Positions 21,683 through 30,241 are shown, counted from the first letter of the stretch. The stretch is DNA of 64,000 bases from Nitrospirota bacterium (GCA_963790025.1 CAWBMP010000005.1:192001-256000); one strand, 5' to 3'. Translations and numbers: made by a program. Notes: generated from the sequence alone by a model not told the origin.

Positions 21683-21802
21683 CGGCCGCATGATGCCTTG
21701 GGCGACTTGACACCGGCAGAATACATGGAGCAAAATGACAAGAAAACAGTTCAACAAGGCAATCCAGCCTGGTGGGAACTGATAGAACCAGAACACCTGT
21801 GA
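21683..21802 (+). mobile_element. IS3-family transposase C-terminal remnant
   Basis: Translates RPHDALGDLTPAEYMEQ..., the RPH..L...TP.E end of IS3-type integrase cores; no upstream part. Confidence 0.55.
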
Positions 21803-21837
21803 AATGAAGGATAGCTTGAATATATGGGTGAGTAAAC

Positions 21838-22083
21838 TTGTTTAGTGCATTAATTGCTCTTTTCAGCTTGGTAATCATGTGCATTGGGTATTTCTACAAC
21901 GTCCATTTAGGAATCTGTCATGAACGATTGGAAATGTGTAAGGATCGCCTTACGGAAATAAGAACGTTACAGGATAATGATTTCAAGCAGTTTATATTTA
22001 TTGTTCGAGGTAGTGAAAAGGAGCGAGAGTTTGTAGAGCAGTATAGTAATTTTTTGAAAAGGCAGTTGAAATCCAAAAAATGA
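21838..22083 (+). CDS. hypothetical small membrane protein (possibly a fragment)
   Basis: 81-aa ORF with TTG start and hydrophobic N-terminus. Confidence 0.3.
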   Translation: MFSALIALFSLVIMCIGYFYNVHLGICHERLEMCKDRLTEIRTLQDNDFKQFIFIVRGSEKEREFVEQYSNFLKRQLKSKK

Positions 22084-22127
22084 AAGAGGCCGTATAGCTC
22101 GGAAACACACATAAAGGAGGATTAATT

Positions 22128-22547
22128 ATGAGGAAGATGAGTTTTGTTATGTTAATAACTCTCTTATGCGTTTCTCTGGCATCCTGTTCTAAGGCTGAAA
22201 AGCTGACGGACGTCAAAGTTCAGATTGATTCCCCTCAACAGAATGCAGAAGTTGTTCTTCAAGAAATCGTAAAAGGCAAAGTATCAAATCCAAAAGCCAC
22301 GGTCTACGTATTAGTTCATCCTTTATTGACACATATATGGTGGGTCCAGCGTATGCCCTCTCCGCCTAATCAAGATGGCACTTGGCAGACGGTTTGCTAT
22401 TTTGGGACTGAGAATAAAGGGGTCGGTGAATCATTTGAAGTCGTAGCTATCGTAACAAATAAGAAACTGGAAGAAGGACAAACTCTTACTGAATTGCCAA
22501 AAGAATCAGTGCGAACTGATATAACAACCGTCAGGCGAATAAAGTAA
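22128..22547 (+). CDS. hypothetical lipoprotein with beta-sandwich-like domain
   Basis: RBS AAGGAGG; lipobox LAS-C. Confidence 0.8.
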   Translation: MRKMSFVMLITLLCVSLASCSKAEKLTDVKVQIDSPQQNAEVVLQEIVKGKVSNPKATVYVLVHPLLTHIWWVQRMPSPPNQDGTWQTVCYFGTENKGVGESFEVVAIVTNKKLEEGQTLTELPKESVRTDITTVRRIK

Positions 22548-22578
22548 TGTCGGCTCCTGGGCTGATGGGGAGTTATCG

Positions 22579-23235
22579 ATGAGGAAACTTATCGGAGCAG
22601 TTTCTGTTGCTCAGGCATTTCTATCATATTTCGTAGGCCGATTTTTAGACAGGCTTATTGCTGGACCTTCAAGGGAAATTGTGCAGCCCAATATGGTGAT
22701 TGTGGTTGACCGGCCTGGAAAAGAGTGGGATATTATTGTCTACTATCTTGTTGTGGCGATCGCTGTATTGGTTCTTTCGTGGTATTTCCAGATAAAGGCA
22801 ATTAAAGGAACCGGTCAGTCAGAAACAGGTGTTAAGGCTACTTGTTTTCGAGTGCTGATTGGCCTGCTAATCTTCATTGTAATTACTGCTTTGGCCCTTT
22901 CACTGAGCAAAAGATTCTTGGTTGCTGAAGTATCAAGCATAATGGATGTCAGCGGTCACCTGAGTGATCGGAGGCTCAAGGGATATTTGTTTGTCAGACC
23001 AGTTAATTCTCAGCATTGCTGGCTCCAGGAGCCTATTCCCCTTATGCCTGATCAGGGCGGCAAGTGGAACGCAAGCGTATTTTTTGGTGGACCAAGTGGT
23101 CAGCAATTTGAAATCATTGCAATAGCCTCGGAGACACCCCTGCATCCACTTCCCTTCAGCGCCCCTGGAAGCTACGACTGTAGGCAAATCACGAGTGATG
23201 CAGGCCGGTTTGTTCGGTTAGTAAGGTTGAAATAA
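22579..23235 (+). CDS. hypothetical membrane protein; C-terminal domain paralogous to 22128-22547
   Basis: RBS GGGAG; 2-3 TM segments; shared Y..V.P....W.Q...G.W....FG...FE..AI pattern. Confidence 0.75.
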   Translation: MRKLIGAVSVAQAFLSYFVGRFLDRLIAGPSREIVQPNMVIVVDRPGKEWDIIVYYLVVAIAVLVLSWYFQIKAIKGTGQSETGVKATCFRVLIGLLIFIVITALALSLSKRFLVAEVSSIMDVSGHLSDRRLKGYLFVRPVNSQHCWLQEPIPLMPDQGGKWNASVFFGGPSGQQFEIIAIASETPLHPLPFSAPGSYDCRQITSDAGRFVRLVRLK

Positions 23236-23560
23236 GAAAGCAGGAGTGCTGTCAAGAAAAGAGTAGCTAAAAAGGGACAGGCTACTTTATTAGGGTTGGC
23301 TGATGGCAATATATTAATTGATGAATTTGCAACTGCTGATTATGAGAGTCAGGTCATAGTCTTAAAAAGTGCGACAAGTGGTATGGAAATATCGAAGCTT
23401 GACTAAAAATTCTTTGGGAAGTATTAAGATTATATGAAAAAAAGTCCACTATGCTTGACTTTGCAGCTCCAACGGATAATATGGGATATATACCATAATT
23501 ATGAACCTTCAGGAATAGTATTATAGAATTTTCCAGATGGGCCTTCTGGCATAAATATAA

Positions 23561-23670
23561 TCGGCAAATAAACCGGCAAAATAGTTTCGCTTAATTTCCT
23601 CTATCTTGATAATTTTATCAATTTTATATATAGTTACCATATAAAATAAGCGGCAAATAAATCGGCAAAT
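23561..23670 (+). promoter_or_regulatory. four CGGCAAA boxes in two 12-bp-spaced pairs upstream of fic
   Basis: Copies near 23562, 23574, 23651 and 23663. Confidence 0.5.
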
Positions 23671-23686
23671 GATAGGTCAGGTAACT

Positions 23687-24898
23687 ATGCAAACTCAGAA
23701 AATGACACCTTTATATCCCGAAAAAGCGGAGGAGCTTACTGATCTTGCTCTGGCTGTAATCCAAAAATCAGCAGCCCTTGGTAGCCGGCAACATCCAGTT
23801 ACTCTACATTCACTGCATGAATTCCTTCGGGTCATTAACAGCTATTATTCTAATTTAATAGAGGGTCATAACATGCATCCTTATGATATTGTGCGTGCGA
23901 TGCAAAAACAGTACGATACAGAACCGGCAAAACGTGATCTCCAGATGGAGAGCGTTGCTCATATTACCGTTCAAAGGGATATGGAAGGAAGATTGCAGCA
24001 AGAGCCTGAACTCAATATTGCTGGCCGAGAATTCCTCTGTTATGTGCACAGGGAATTCTATCGACAACTGCCGGATACGTTCAGAATCGTGAAAAATCCA
24101 GAGACGAGGCGTAAGAGCCGTGTCATTCCTGGTGAGTTGCGTAAGGAGACAGTTAAAGTAGGGCGCCATGTGCCGCCAGGAAGCGATACCCTGGATGCAT
24201 ATCTTGATCTGTTTGGTAGGTCTTACGCACCTGACCGTCATCATGGTGCGGCAAAGCTGGTTGCAGCTGCCGCCGCACATCATCGTCTCATGTGGATTCA
24301 CCCTTTCCTTGACGGAAACGGACGCGTGGCCCGGTTATTCACTGAGGCATATTTTCGACGCATTCCGGTTCTCGGCTACAGCCTCTGGTCAGTAAGCCGA
24401 GGGCTTGCGCGCAGAAATGTTGATTATAAGGCGGCCCTTAGCTGGGCGGACGCGGCACGGCGAAATGACCTTGACGGCAGGGGAACCCTATCGAATGAAG
24501 GACTGTTACGGTTTTGTCGGTTTTTTCTTGAAGTCTGCCTTGACCAGGTAGAATACATGGATAAACTTCTGAAGCTTGAAGAACTCGCGCAGAGAATCAG
24601 GTCCTATATTGACCTTCGGAACAGGGGGGTAATCCATAGCCCATCAGGGGAAAAAAAGTTGCTCCGGATCGAGTCGCTCAGAATGCTCCAGGAAGTCCTG
24701 ATACAAGGTGTTTTAACGAGGGGCGATGTTATTCAGGCCTCAGGCCTCAAGGAACGCACGGGACGAAATATACTGGGGCTGCTTCTTGAAGAGGGCTTGC
24801 TGGTTTCGGATTCTCCCAAGGGAGAGGTCAGGCTGGGATTTCCCATCCATGCAGCTGGATGGTTCTTCCCGGATCTGTATCCGACTTTAACAAATTAG
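23687..24898 (+). CDS. Fic family protein with C-terminal wHTH
   Basis: Canonical HPFLDGNGRVAR and inhibitory-type SNLIEG motif. Confidence 0.92.
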   Translation: MQTQKMTPLYPEKAEELTDLALAVIQKSAALGSRQHPVTLHSLHEFLRVINSYYSNLIEGHNMHPYDIVRAMQKQYDTEPAKRDLQMESVAHITVQRDMEGRLQQEPELNIAGREFLCYVHREFYRQLPDTFRIVKNPETRRKSRVIPGELRKETVKVGRHVPPGSDTLDAYLDLFGRSYAPDRHHGAAKLVAAAAAHHRLMWIHPFLDGNGRVARLFTEAYFRRIPVLGYSLWSVSRGLARRNVDYKAALSWADAARRNDLDGRGTLSNEGLLRFCRFFLEVCLDQVEYMDKLLKLEELAQRIRSYIDLRNRGVIHSPSGEKKLLRIESLRMLQEVLIQGVLTRGDVIQASGLKERTGRNILGLLLEEGLLVSDSPKGEVRLGFPIHAAGWFFPDLYPTLTN

Positions 24899-25176
24899 CC
24901 ATCAAATGAAATGCACCAGTGAATAAGTTGGTTGGACATATGGCAACGTCTCTTGGACCCCGACACTCAGGATAACAACAGTATCAAACTACATTTCGGT
25001 AAATCCCTTTTTCTCACTCTCAGGTAGACGCTAACAAAAGTCACGCCATCGTTACCCTCTGTCATGCCTTTTAAGCCTGCAATTGTTTATATATCCGCAA
25101 TATGACAGTTGAAGAAATAAAGGAGCAAGATGTTCAAGCGGTTGCAGTGTAAGTTCTTGATATTTTGTAAGAAACT

Positions 25177-25224
25177 TGGTGCCCCCTGCAAGATTCGAAC
25201 TTGCGGCCCCAGGTTTAAGAAACC
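25177..25224 (-). repeat. displaced 3' half of tRNA-Arg(CCT) (att junction)
   Basis: 47/48 identical to 28458-28505. Confidence 0.92.
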
Positions 25225-25481
25225 ATTATGGCGCTCAAATCAACTCTTTGAAATATTCGTTTTTATTGCCAGAATGTTTAAAATAATCAAGGAGTTATAT
25301 TTTCAGATGAGTTCCTTTGAATTCCTATCAGTTCTTGTCAGTTCACATGAATTCATGAAATAATATTACAGTTATATGACAGTTCTTGGGAGTTTGTCTC
25401 TTGCTTTCCGCCCCTCCTATTGCGAATACAACATCAAAACGGTAAACTAAAACTACGGATATTGAAGTTGGAGGTGCTGGG

Positions 25482-25661
25482 ATGGAAACTTTAAAACAGG
25501 AAGCTATTAAGGCTCTTACGAAATTACCTGATACGGCAAATATTGATGACATAATGTACGAGCTTTATGTTATCGACAAGGTTAAAAAGGGCAGGGAGGC
25601 TGTAGAGCGTGGCGAATCCGTTTCCATCGAAGAGCTGAGAAGAGAAATGCAGACGTGGTAA
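25482..25661 (+). CDS. putative type II antitoxin (59 aa, METLKQEAIKALTKLPD...EELRREMQTW)
   Basis: RBS GGAGGTG; overlaps the start of the downstream RelE/ParE gene; below the ORF-track cutoff. Confidence 0.8.
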   Translation: METLKQEAIKALTKLPDTANIDDIMYELYVIDKVKKGREAVERGESVSIEELRREMQTW

Positions 25662-25960
25662 AGTGGTCAAAGCCTGCTGGGTTTGACTTGAAACAGATTC
25701 ACGACTACATTGCAAGAGATTCAAAATTCTACGCTCAAAAAGTCTCTCTGGAGATCATCGAAAAATCTGAAAAGTTAAATCTATTCCCTGAACTGGGCAG
25801 AATTGTCCCTGAGATAGGAGACCCGAGCATTCGGGAATTGCTCATTTATTCATATCGGCTCGTTTATGAGGTGTTTCCAGATAAGGTTGAAGTCGTCGCC
25901 CTGATCCACAGTAAGCGCAATTTTATAAAAGATTTATTGAATGAACAGAGGAATGAGTAA
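25655..25960 (+). CDS. RelE/ParE family toxin
   Basis: V.WS..A..DL..I..YIA.DS...FP..GR.VPE...RE....YR..Y pattern. Confidence 0.88.
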   Translation: MVKWSKPAGFDLKQIHDYIARDSKFYAQKVSLEIIEKSEKLNLFPELGRIVPEIGDPSIRELLIYSYRLVYEVFPDKVEVVALIHSKRNFIKDLLNEQRNE

Positions 25961-25980
25961 GATTGATTAGGCACTTCTTT

Positions 25981-26196
25981 TTAGGTGCCTTTTTTATTAG
26001 CATTCTTCTTTCTGTGCAGTTTTGCTGCCTTGCTGATTTCTTCAATGTTTCCCTCCGGCAGTATAGTTTTCCGCCATTTCGTGTAATCAAATTTCTCGCG
26101 GCCTATTAATGCAATATACCTTTCGGCCTCAACAGCGCCCATCGCTTTTATAAGGGCCTTTGTCCCTTCCACCTTTATTTCAGTATCAGTTTTCAT
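25981..26196 (-). CDS. small protein resembling partners of PIN-domain toxins
   Basis: G.KAL...G.VEAER.I......FDYTKWR pattern; RBS GGAGA. Confidence 0.65.
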   Translation of the reverse strand: MKTDTEIKVEGTKALIKAMGAVEAERYIALIGREKFDYTKWRKTILPEGNIEEISKAAKLHRKKNANKKGT

Positions 26197-26239
26197 TTGT
26201 TCTCCAGAGTGCTTATAAACTCAATCGAATTTATTGCTT

Positions 26240-27094
26240 TTATTTTATCAAAAACCCTTCTTTCAATTTTGTTACGTGCCGAAGAATCAAATCAAACTTG
26301 TCACGAAATCCACGAACCTTAACCATATCTATAACTAATCTGTAGCGGGATTCGTCCCCAGTCTCAGCGGCTAAAATTTCCCTAATTGTTCCCGCTGTTT
26401 TTGGGTCGCTTATTTTCGCCATATCCTTCCCGAGTAGCTTTATCCCGGCCAACTGGTTGTCGAAGCCCTCATTCTCCAGTAGCGAGATTTCCTCTCCATA
26501 GAGTCTGGTTTCATTGTCCGCATCTCCGTAGTTATGCATTATAAATAACAAATCCTCAGCATCTTTCGGACGCTCAGGATATCGATCTTTCCAAGAGATA
26601 ATCTTCATAAGTGCCAATCCCCGTAGCGTTGGGATTTTAACGACTAACTCAGGTTCCGAGTTTAATCTGACATATACAGAATATCTATAGGCCTCATCAA
26701 ACCCAAGCATGTTCATGAATATCTCATGCTCTGGAGGCCAGCTAATCTTCTTATCTTTATCAGCAATAGGGCCGAACGGGACAATATCAACGGGGATGCC
26801 ATTGAAGAGAAATCTTTGCTTTTCCTGTGTTACGGAAAACTGCCCTGTTGCAAGCAGCGCTTTTGATAATGCTTCGAACTGATCCCAGTTTGCGATCTCA
26901 ACGCCGAGGTCAATATCACGGGTCGCACGAATAGTTCTTATGCCATAGCAGTAATCGAGAATAAAATCCCTTGCTGCAGCTCCGACCAAAAAAAAAGGAA
27001 TACCCAGGGAGTCGGCAGCCCACTTTACAAGAGAAATGACATCCAGATATGCAGATTCAATCTTCCCTGATAAGTCGAATGATATATTGTTCAT
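26240..27094 (-). CDS. AbiEii-like nucleotidyltransferase (type IV TA toxin)
   Basis: VGAAARD...RATRDIDL, VDIVPFG, LMKIISW.DR...KDAED. Confidence 0.85.
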   Translation of the reverse strand: MNNISFDLSGKIESAYLDVISLVKWAADSLGIPFFLVGAAARDFILDYCYGIRTIRATRDIDLGVEIANWDQFEALSKALLATGQFSVTQEKQRFLFNGIPVDIVPFGPIADKDKKISWPPEHEIFMNMLGFDEAYRYSVYVRLNSEPELVVKIPTLRGLALMKIISWKDRYPERPKDAEDLLFIMHNYGDADNETRLYGEEISLLENEGFDNQLAGIKLLGKDMAKISDPKTAGTIREILAAETGDESRYRLVIDMVKVRGFRDKFDLILRHVTKLKEGFLIK

Positions 27095-28091
27095 AGATAA
27101 TCTTTGCTGTTTCAATGTTTCTCTGATTGCCTGTTGCTAGAAGATCGGCATAAACAAGCACAGGATTTACTGTGCCTTCGGGTCGGTCTTCTTTAAAGGC
27201 CCCCCAGAACCTTTGAAGGATTTCCACGTCACCTTCGGCGTCTTTTCTAAGCCTGTTTTCAGCCAGGAATTCATTTAAGTAGCGAGGATCAGTATAAATA
27301 GTGATAATTTGGGGTTTAAGATATTTTGTGAACTTTGCCGCAGCAATTTCACCACCCCATTGGGCATTGTCAGGATTCAGATTTATTTTCTGCATTTGAT
27401 CTAATTGCTCCTGTATTGCCTTGAAACGGCCGAATAGAAGCTTCGGCCTCAATCTTTCCGGATATTCCGTTACCCAGCGCTGTAAGAGTTCATCCTTGCG
27501 GGTCAATTTTAAACCCCTTTTCCCCATATCGAGCAGGTAGCCCAATTCTTTTAATTCTCTCATTATCCAGCCAACTGTTCCGAGGGCTACAGTTGCTTTT
27601 GCGGCAATATCGCGGTATGGCTCTTTTTCGAGGGCTGGATTACACAGAAAGGCATAAAGTACCTGGAGTCCCGTAGGTTTGAAAGCGCGCCCGATTTGGG
27701 GAGGTCTCACGATATCCGGAATCCTATTCCCTTTCACAAAAATATACAAGGGAGGTTGGTTCACGTATGCGTTTCCGGCAGCGTCGATGAATTGTATCCC
27801 TTCCTGTTTTAAGCGGTCCGCCATCCGCTCATTGATATATCCTGCAACTAAGAGGTAGGGATGGTGAACCTCTTTTGTACGCACATGGGCAAGCATTCCC
27901 ACGTGTGCCTCAGTAATATTAATCTTCACGTCAGCAGCAAACAGTAACTTTTTCCCTGGAATATCTATTTGCAGCAGGAAATCAGTGTTCTCTCTTAGCT
28001 GAGGTTGCTGTCCGGCTATTTTGGTTCCCACTTTGAGCGCAACATTCTCTTTGAATGCATGGAGTGCATTCTCAAGAATTGCTTTTTCCAT
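27057..28091 (-). CDS. AbiEi-type type IV TA antitoxin / regulator
   Basis: FIDAAGNAY, HTH YRDIAAKATVALGTV, WGGEIAA and PVLVYADLL...R..ETA; overlaps the toxin start. Confidence 0.85.
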   Translation of the reverse strand: MEKAILENALHAFKENVALKVGTKIAGQQPQLRENTDFLLQIDIPGKKLLFAADVKINITEAHVGMLAHVRTKEVHHPYLLVAGYINERMADRLKQEGIQFIDAAGNAYVNQPPLYIFVKGNRIPDIVRPPQIGRAFKPTGLQVLYAFLCNPALEKEPYRDIAAKATVALGTVGWIMRELKELGYLLDMGKRGLKLTRKDELLQRWVTEYPERLRPKLLFGRFKAIQEQLDQMQKINLNPDNAQWGGEIAAAKFTKYLKPQIITIYTDPRYLNEFLAENRLRKDAEGDVEILQRFWGAFKEDRPEGTVNPVLVYADLLATGNQRNIETAKIIYEQYIIRLIRED

Positions 28092-28132
28092 GTGGACGTT
28101 TTTATGCATAATGTTGTTCACTTTCTAATATA

Positions 28133-28217
28133 GTTCATTTATAGTGAACATAGCAAAAAAGTGAACGCAATGTCAAGCTTGGTGTTCATTATCACGATTA
28201 GTTCAATAATAGTGAAC
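28133..28217. promoter_or_regulatory. two GTTCA-N7-TGAAC inverted repeats (probable AbiEi operators) plus scattered half-sites
   Basis: 28133-28149 and 28201-28217, upstream of abiEi. Confidence 0.6.
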
Positions 28218-28255
28218 ATTTACAAAATATGAACAACTTTATTATTTGTCACGGT

Positions 28256-28420
28256 TTGAGGCTGTCCGGGGTATCTCTTGCTACGGTTCAGCTATGGATG
28301 GGTCATTCATCCATAGAGACAACTATAAAACATTATGGTCATTTAGTGAAATCTTTCAGAAAGGAGGAAATCAGGAAGATTGAGGGGAGGATGGACACCT
28401 GTATGGACACCTTGCTTAAA
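28256..28420 (+). pseudogene. tyrosine recombinase C-terminal remnant
   Basis: SGVSLATVQLWMGHSSIETTIKHYGH matches the box II GH...TT..Y.H pattern; N-terminal part absent; abuts the tRNA. Confidence 0.8.
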
Positions 28421-28457
28421 CCGACTCTGAAGAAAGCTCGTAACTTATTGAAAGATT

Positions 28458-28534
28458 TGGTGCCCCCTGCAAGATTCGAACTTGCGGCCCCAGGTTTAGG
28501 AAACCTGTGCTCTATCCTACTGAGCTAAGGGGGC
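28458..28534 (-). tRNA. tRNA-Arg(CCT)
   Basis: 77 nt; acceptor GCCCCCT/AGGGGGC; anticodon arm CAGGT-TTCCTAA-ACCTG; GTTCGAATC T-loop; encoded CCA. Confidence 0.97.
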
Positions 28535-28612
28535 TCCTTTAAAATCAATGAGTTACAAGGTTAGGCAACATATTTTAACATAAATTGTCACTAAATCGTC
28601 ACTAAATATTCA

Positions 28613-28741
28613 TTAGAAGACCTGTGCTCTTTCCGCCTGAGCTAAGGGTTGAACCTTAAAAATCAACAACTTGCAACCTGCTGCATTTTATTTTGCCATA
28701 GACCGTCACTAATTCGTCACAAAAAAACCTGTGCTCTATCC
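28613..28741 (-). repeat. two degenerate copies of the tRNA-Arg 5' half, interleaved with IHF and arm-like repeats
   Basis: ACCTGTGCTCTTTCCGCCTGAGCTAAGGG (28620-28648) and AAACCTGTGCTCTATCC (28725-28741) compared with 28501-28531. Confidence 0.8.
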
Positions 28742-28857
28742 GAATGTAAATATGCCTGCAACAAAAAGCAATTGCCAAACTAATAGTGCCTTATGTAATA
28801 TCTTTACCGGTGCAGAACAGCATCTTTACATGCTAAAATAGCGCAGGAGGTTTTACT

Positions 28858-29130
28858 ATGGCGACTACGTTGAAGATGGACAAAGGTGACGCATTGATTG
28901 TGAAGGAGAGTCTTGAGCTTGACAGGAATATCATGAAACTTAGCCTTCTGGAATACAGTAAGAAACTGAAGGACTTTGAAAAAAAGCACAAGATGACCAC
29001 CAAAGCGTTCTTGCAGAAATTCAACTCCGGCACATTGGGAGACGATGGCGAATGGTTTGATTGGCTCTTCGCATCTAAAGCTTGTGAACATGTCAAAGAC
29101 AGGTTGCATAGAATAGCTGCAATAGTCTGA
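28858..29130 (+). CDS. putative antitoxin partner of the DUF6516 protein
   Basis: RBS AGGAGG; L..FEKK..MTT..F...F.SG.LGDD..WF.W pattern; coupled to the next gene. Confidence 0.7.
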   Translation: MATTLKMDKGDALIVKESLELDRNIMKLSLLEYSKKLKDFEKKHKMTTKAFLQKFNSGTLGDDGEWFDWLFASKACEHVKDRLHRIAAIV

Positions 29131-29510
29131 TGATACAGTCTTACTTCAACAGGGTCCGCAACAAGCTCAAAGAAATTTCTCCCCTTATACAAGCCGACAC
29201 TTCAAGCTTTGAGATGGTCTCCGCCGACATGGGCATGCTGAGAGGCAGGATATCCTTTATAGACGGTTCTGTGCTGGATTTCAGAGAGTTGTTGTCAACA
29301 AACGAACACGATTACCGATTCCATTGGATGGATGTCTCGAATAAACTGTTAGTCCGCTGGGACACTGCGCCCCATTATAAAAAATTCGAAAACTTCCCGT
29401 ACCACAGACATCTATCAAGAGGCGTTTCCAGTTCTGAAGAAATGGATTTTATAGCCGTGCTGGACTATATAAAACAGGAAATTGTTTTTAAACGCCTCGG
29501 ACATAAGTAA
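29130..29510 (+). CDS. DUF6516 / TumE-like toxin
   Basis: F.DGS.L...E...Y.FHW......RWD.APH......PYH.H pattern. Confidence 0.75.
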   Translation: MIQSYFNRVRNKLKEISPLIQADTSSFEMVSADMGMLRGRISFIDGSVLDFRELLSTNEHDYRFHWMDVSNKLLVRWDTAPHYKKFENFPYHRHLSRGVSSSEEMDFIAVLDYIKQEIVFKRLGHK

Positions 29511-29720
29511 CGCAGCAGCCGGGTGATGTCAGGTTAAATAGACAACTGTCACTAAATCGTCACTAAAACTCAGCTAATAAATGATAACTACTGATAACTT
29601 CTGATAAATACCGATAACTATTTTTCAGGCACAACTCATTCAACTGCAAATAGTAATGTGGTTTACAACATGTGTAGTGGTCTATAATTCTAATAGACCT
29701 GTGTTTTTTGGAAAAAACTT

Positions 29721-30215
29721 ATGAAAGTAATTCAGAGATGTCTCAATAAAGAAATTGTATTTGCCGCGTTGCTGATCTGCTATATGATTATGGCTGCGGC
29801 CGTATGTGCTGCAGATGGTGACGGTATAGTCGGCGTCTGGAACAACGAGGAACGGGACTCCAGGATAGAAATATTCAAATGCGGCAACAAGTATTGCGGA
29901 AAGGTTGTCTGGATGGATGAGCCTGTCTATACGGACAAAGATACGGATGGCAGACCTGGAGAGCCGAGAGTGGACACAAAAAATCCCGATCCGGCGCTCA
30001 GGTCCCGACCGGTACAGGGATTGCAAATCCTCTACGGGTTTACTTTTGCCGGAGGAAACCGCTGGACAGGAGGAAAGGTTTATGATCCCAAGAGCGGCAA
30101 TACTTACAGCGGCAATATGACGCTTGTCACACGTAATCAGCTCCACTTAAGGGGGTATGTAGGCATTTCGTTGTTCGGACGTACTGCTACATGGACGAGG
30201 GCAGGGGGCGAATAG
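29721..30215 (+). CDS. DUF2147 family exported protein
   Basis: IVGVW...YCGKVVW...D.KNPDP.LR.RP..GL...YDPKSG.TY...LRGYVGI..FGRT.TW.R. Confidence 0.9.
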   Translation: MKVIQRCLNKEIVFAALLICYMIMAAAVCAADGDGIVGVWNNEERDSRIEIFKCGNKYCGKVVWMDEPVYTDKDTDGRPGEPRVDTKNPDPALRSRPVQGLQILYGFTFAGGNRWTGGKVYDPKSGNTYSGNMTLVTRNQLHLRGYVGISLFGRTATWTRAGGE

Positions 30216-30241
30216 TCGGATCGGCGATGGGCCGGGGCCAC

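Larger units (their letters stand above)
12507..25176. mobile_element. degenerate tRNA-integrated island (about 12.7 kb, no integrase seen)
   Basis: Bounded by two tRNA-Arg 3' fragments; AT-richer than flanks by eye; defence-type cargo. Confidence 0.7.
25225..28457. mobile_element. degenerate tRNA-proximal island (3.2 kb) carrying TA modules and an integrase remnant
   Basis: Lies between the intact tRNA and the first 3' fragment; IHF-like sites at 25285-25297 and 28441-28453. Confidence 0.75.

Noticed and set aside
25130..25363. 77-aa ORF
   Set aside because: It runs across the tRNA fragment and att motifs and has no protein-like features
28229..28528. 99-aa ORF as an intact gene
   Set aside because: It is a composite of operator DNA, an integrase C-terminal stub and antisense tRNA
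28501..28741. Repeat-spacer pattern as a CRISPR array
   Set aside because: The repeats are tRNA halves and arm-like sites, the units are degenerate and no cas genes are present
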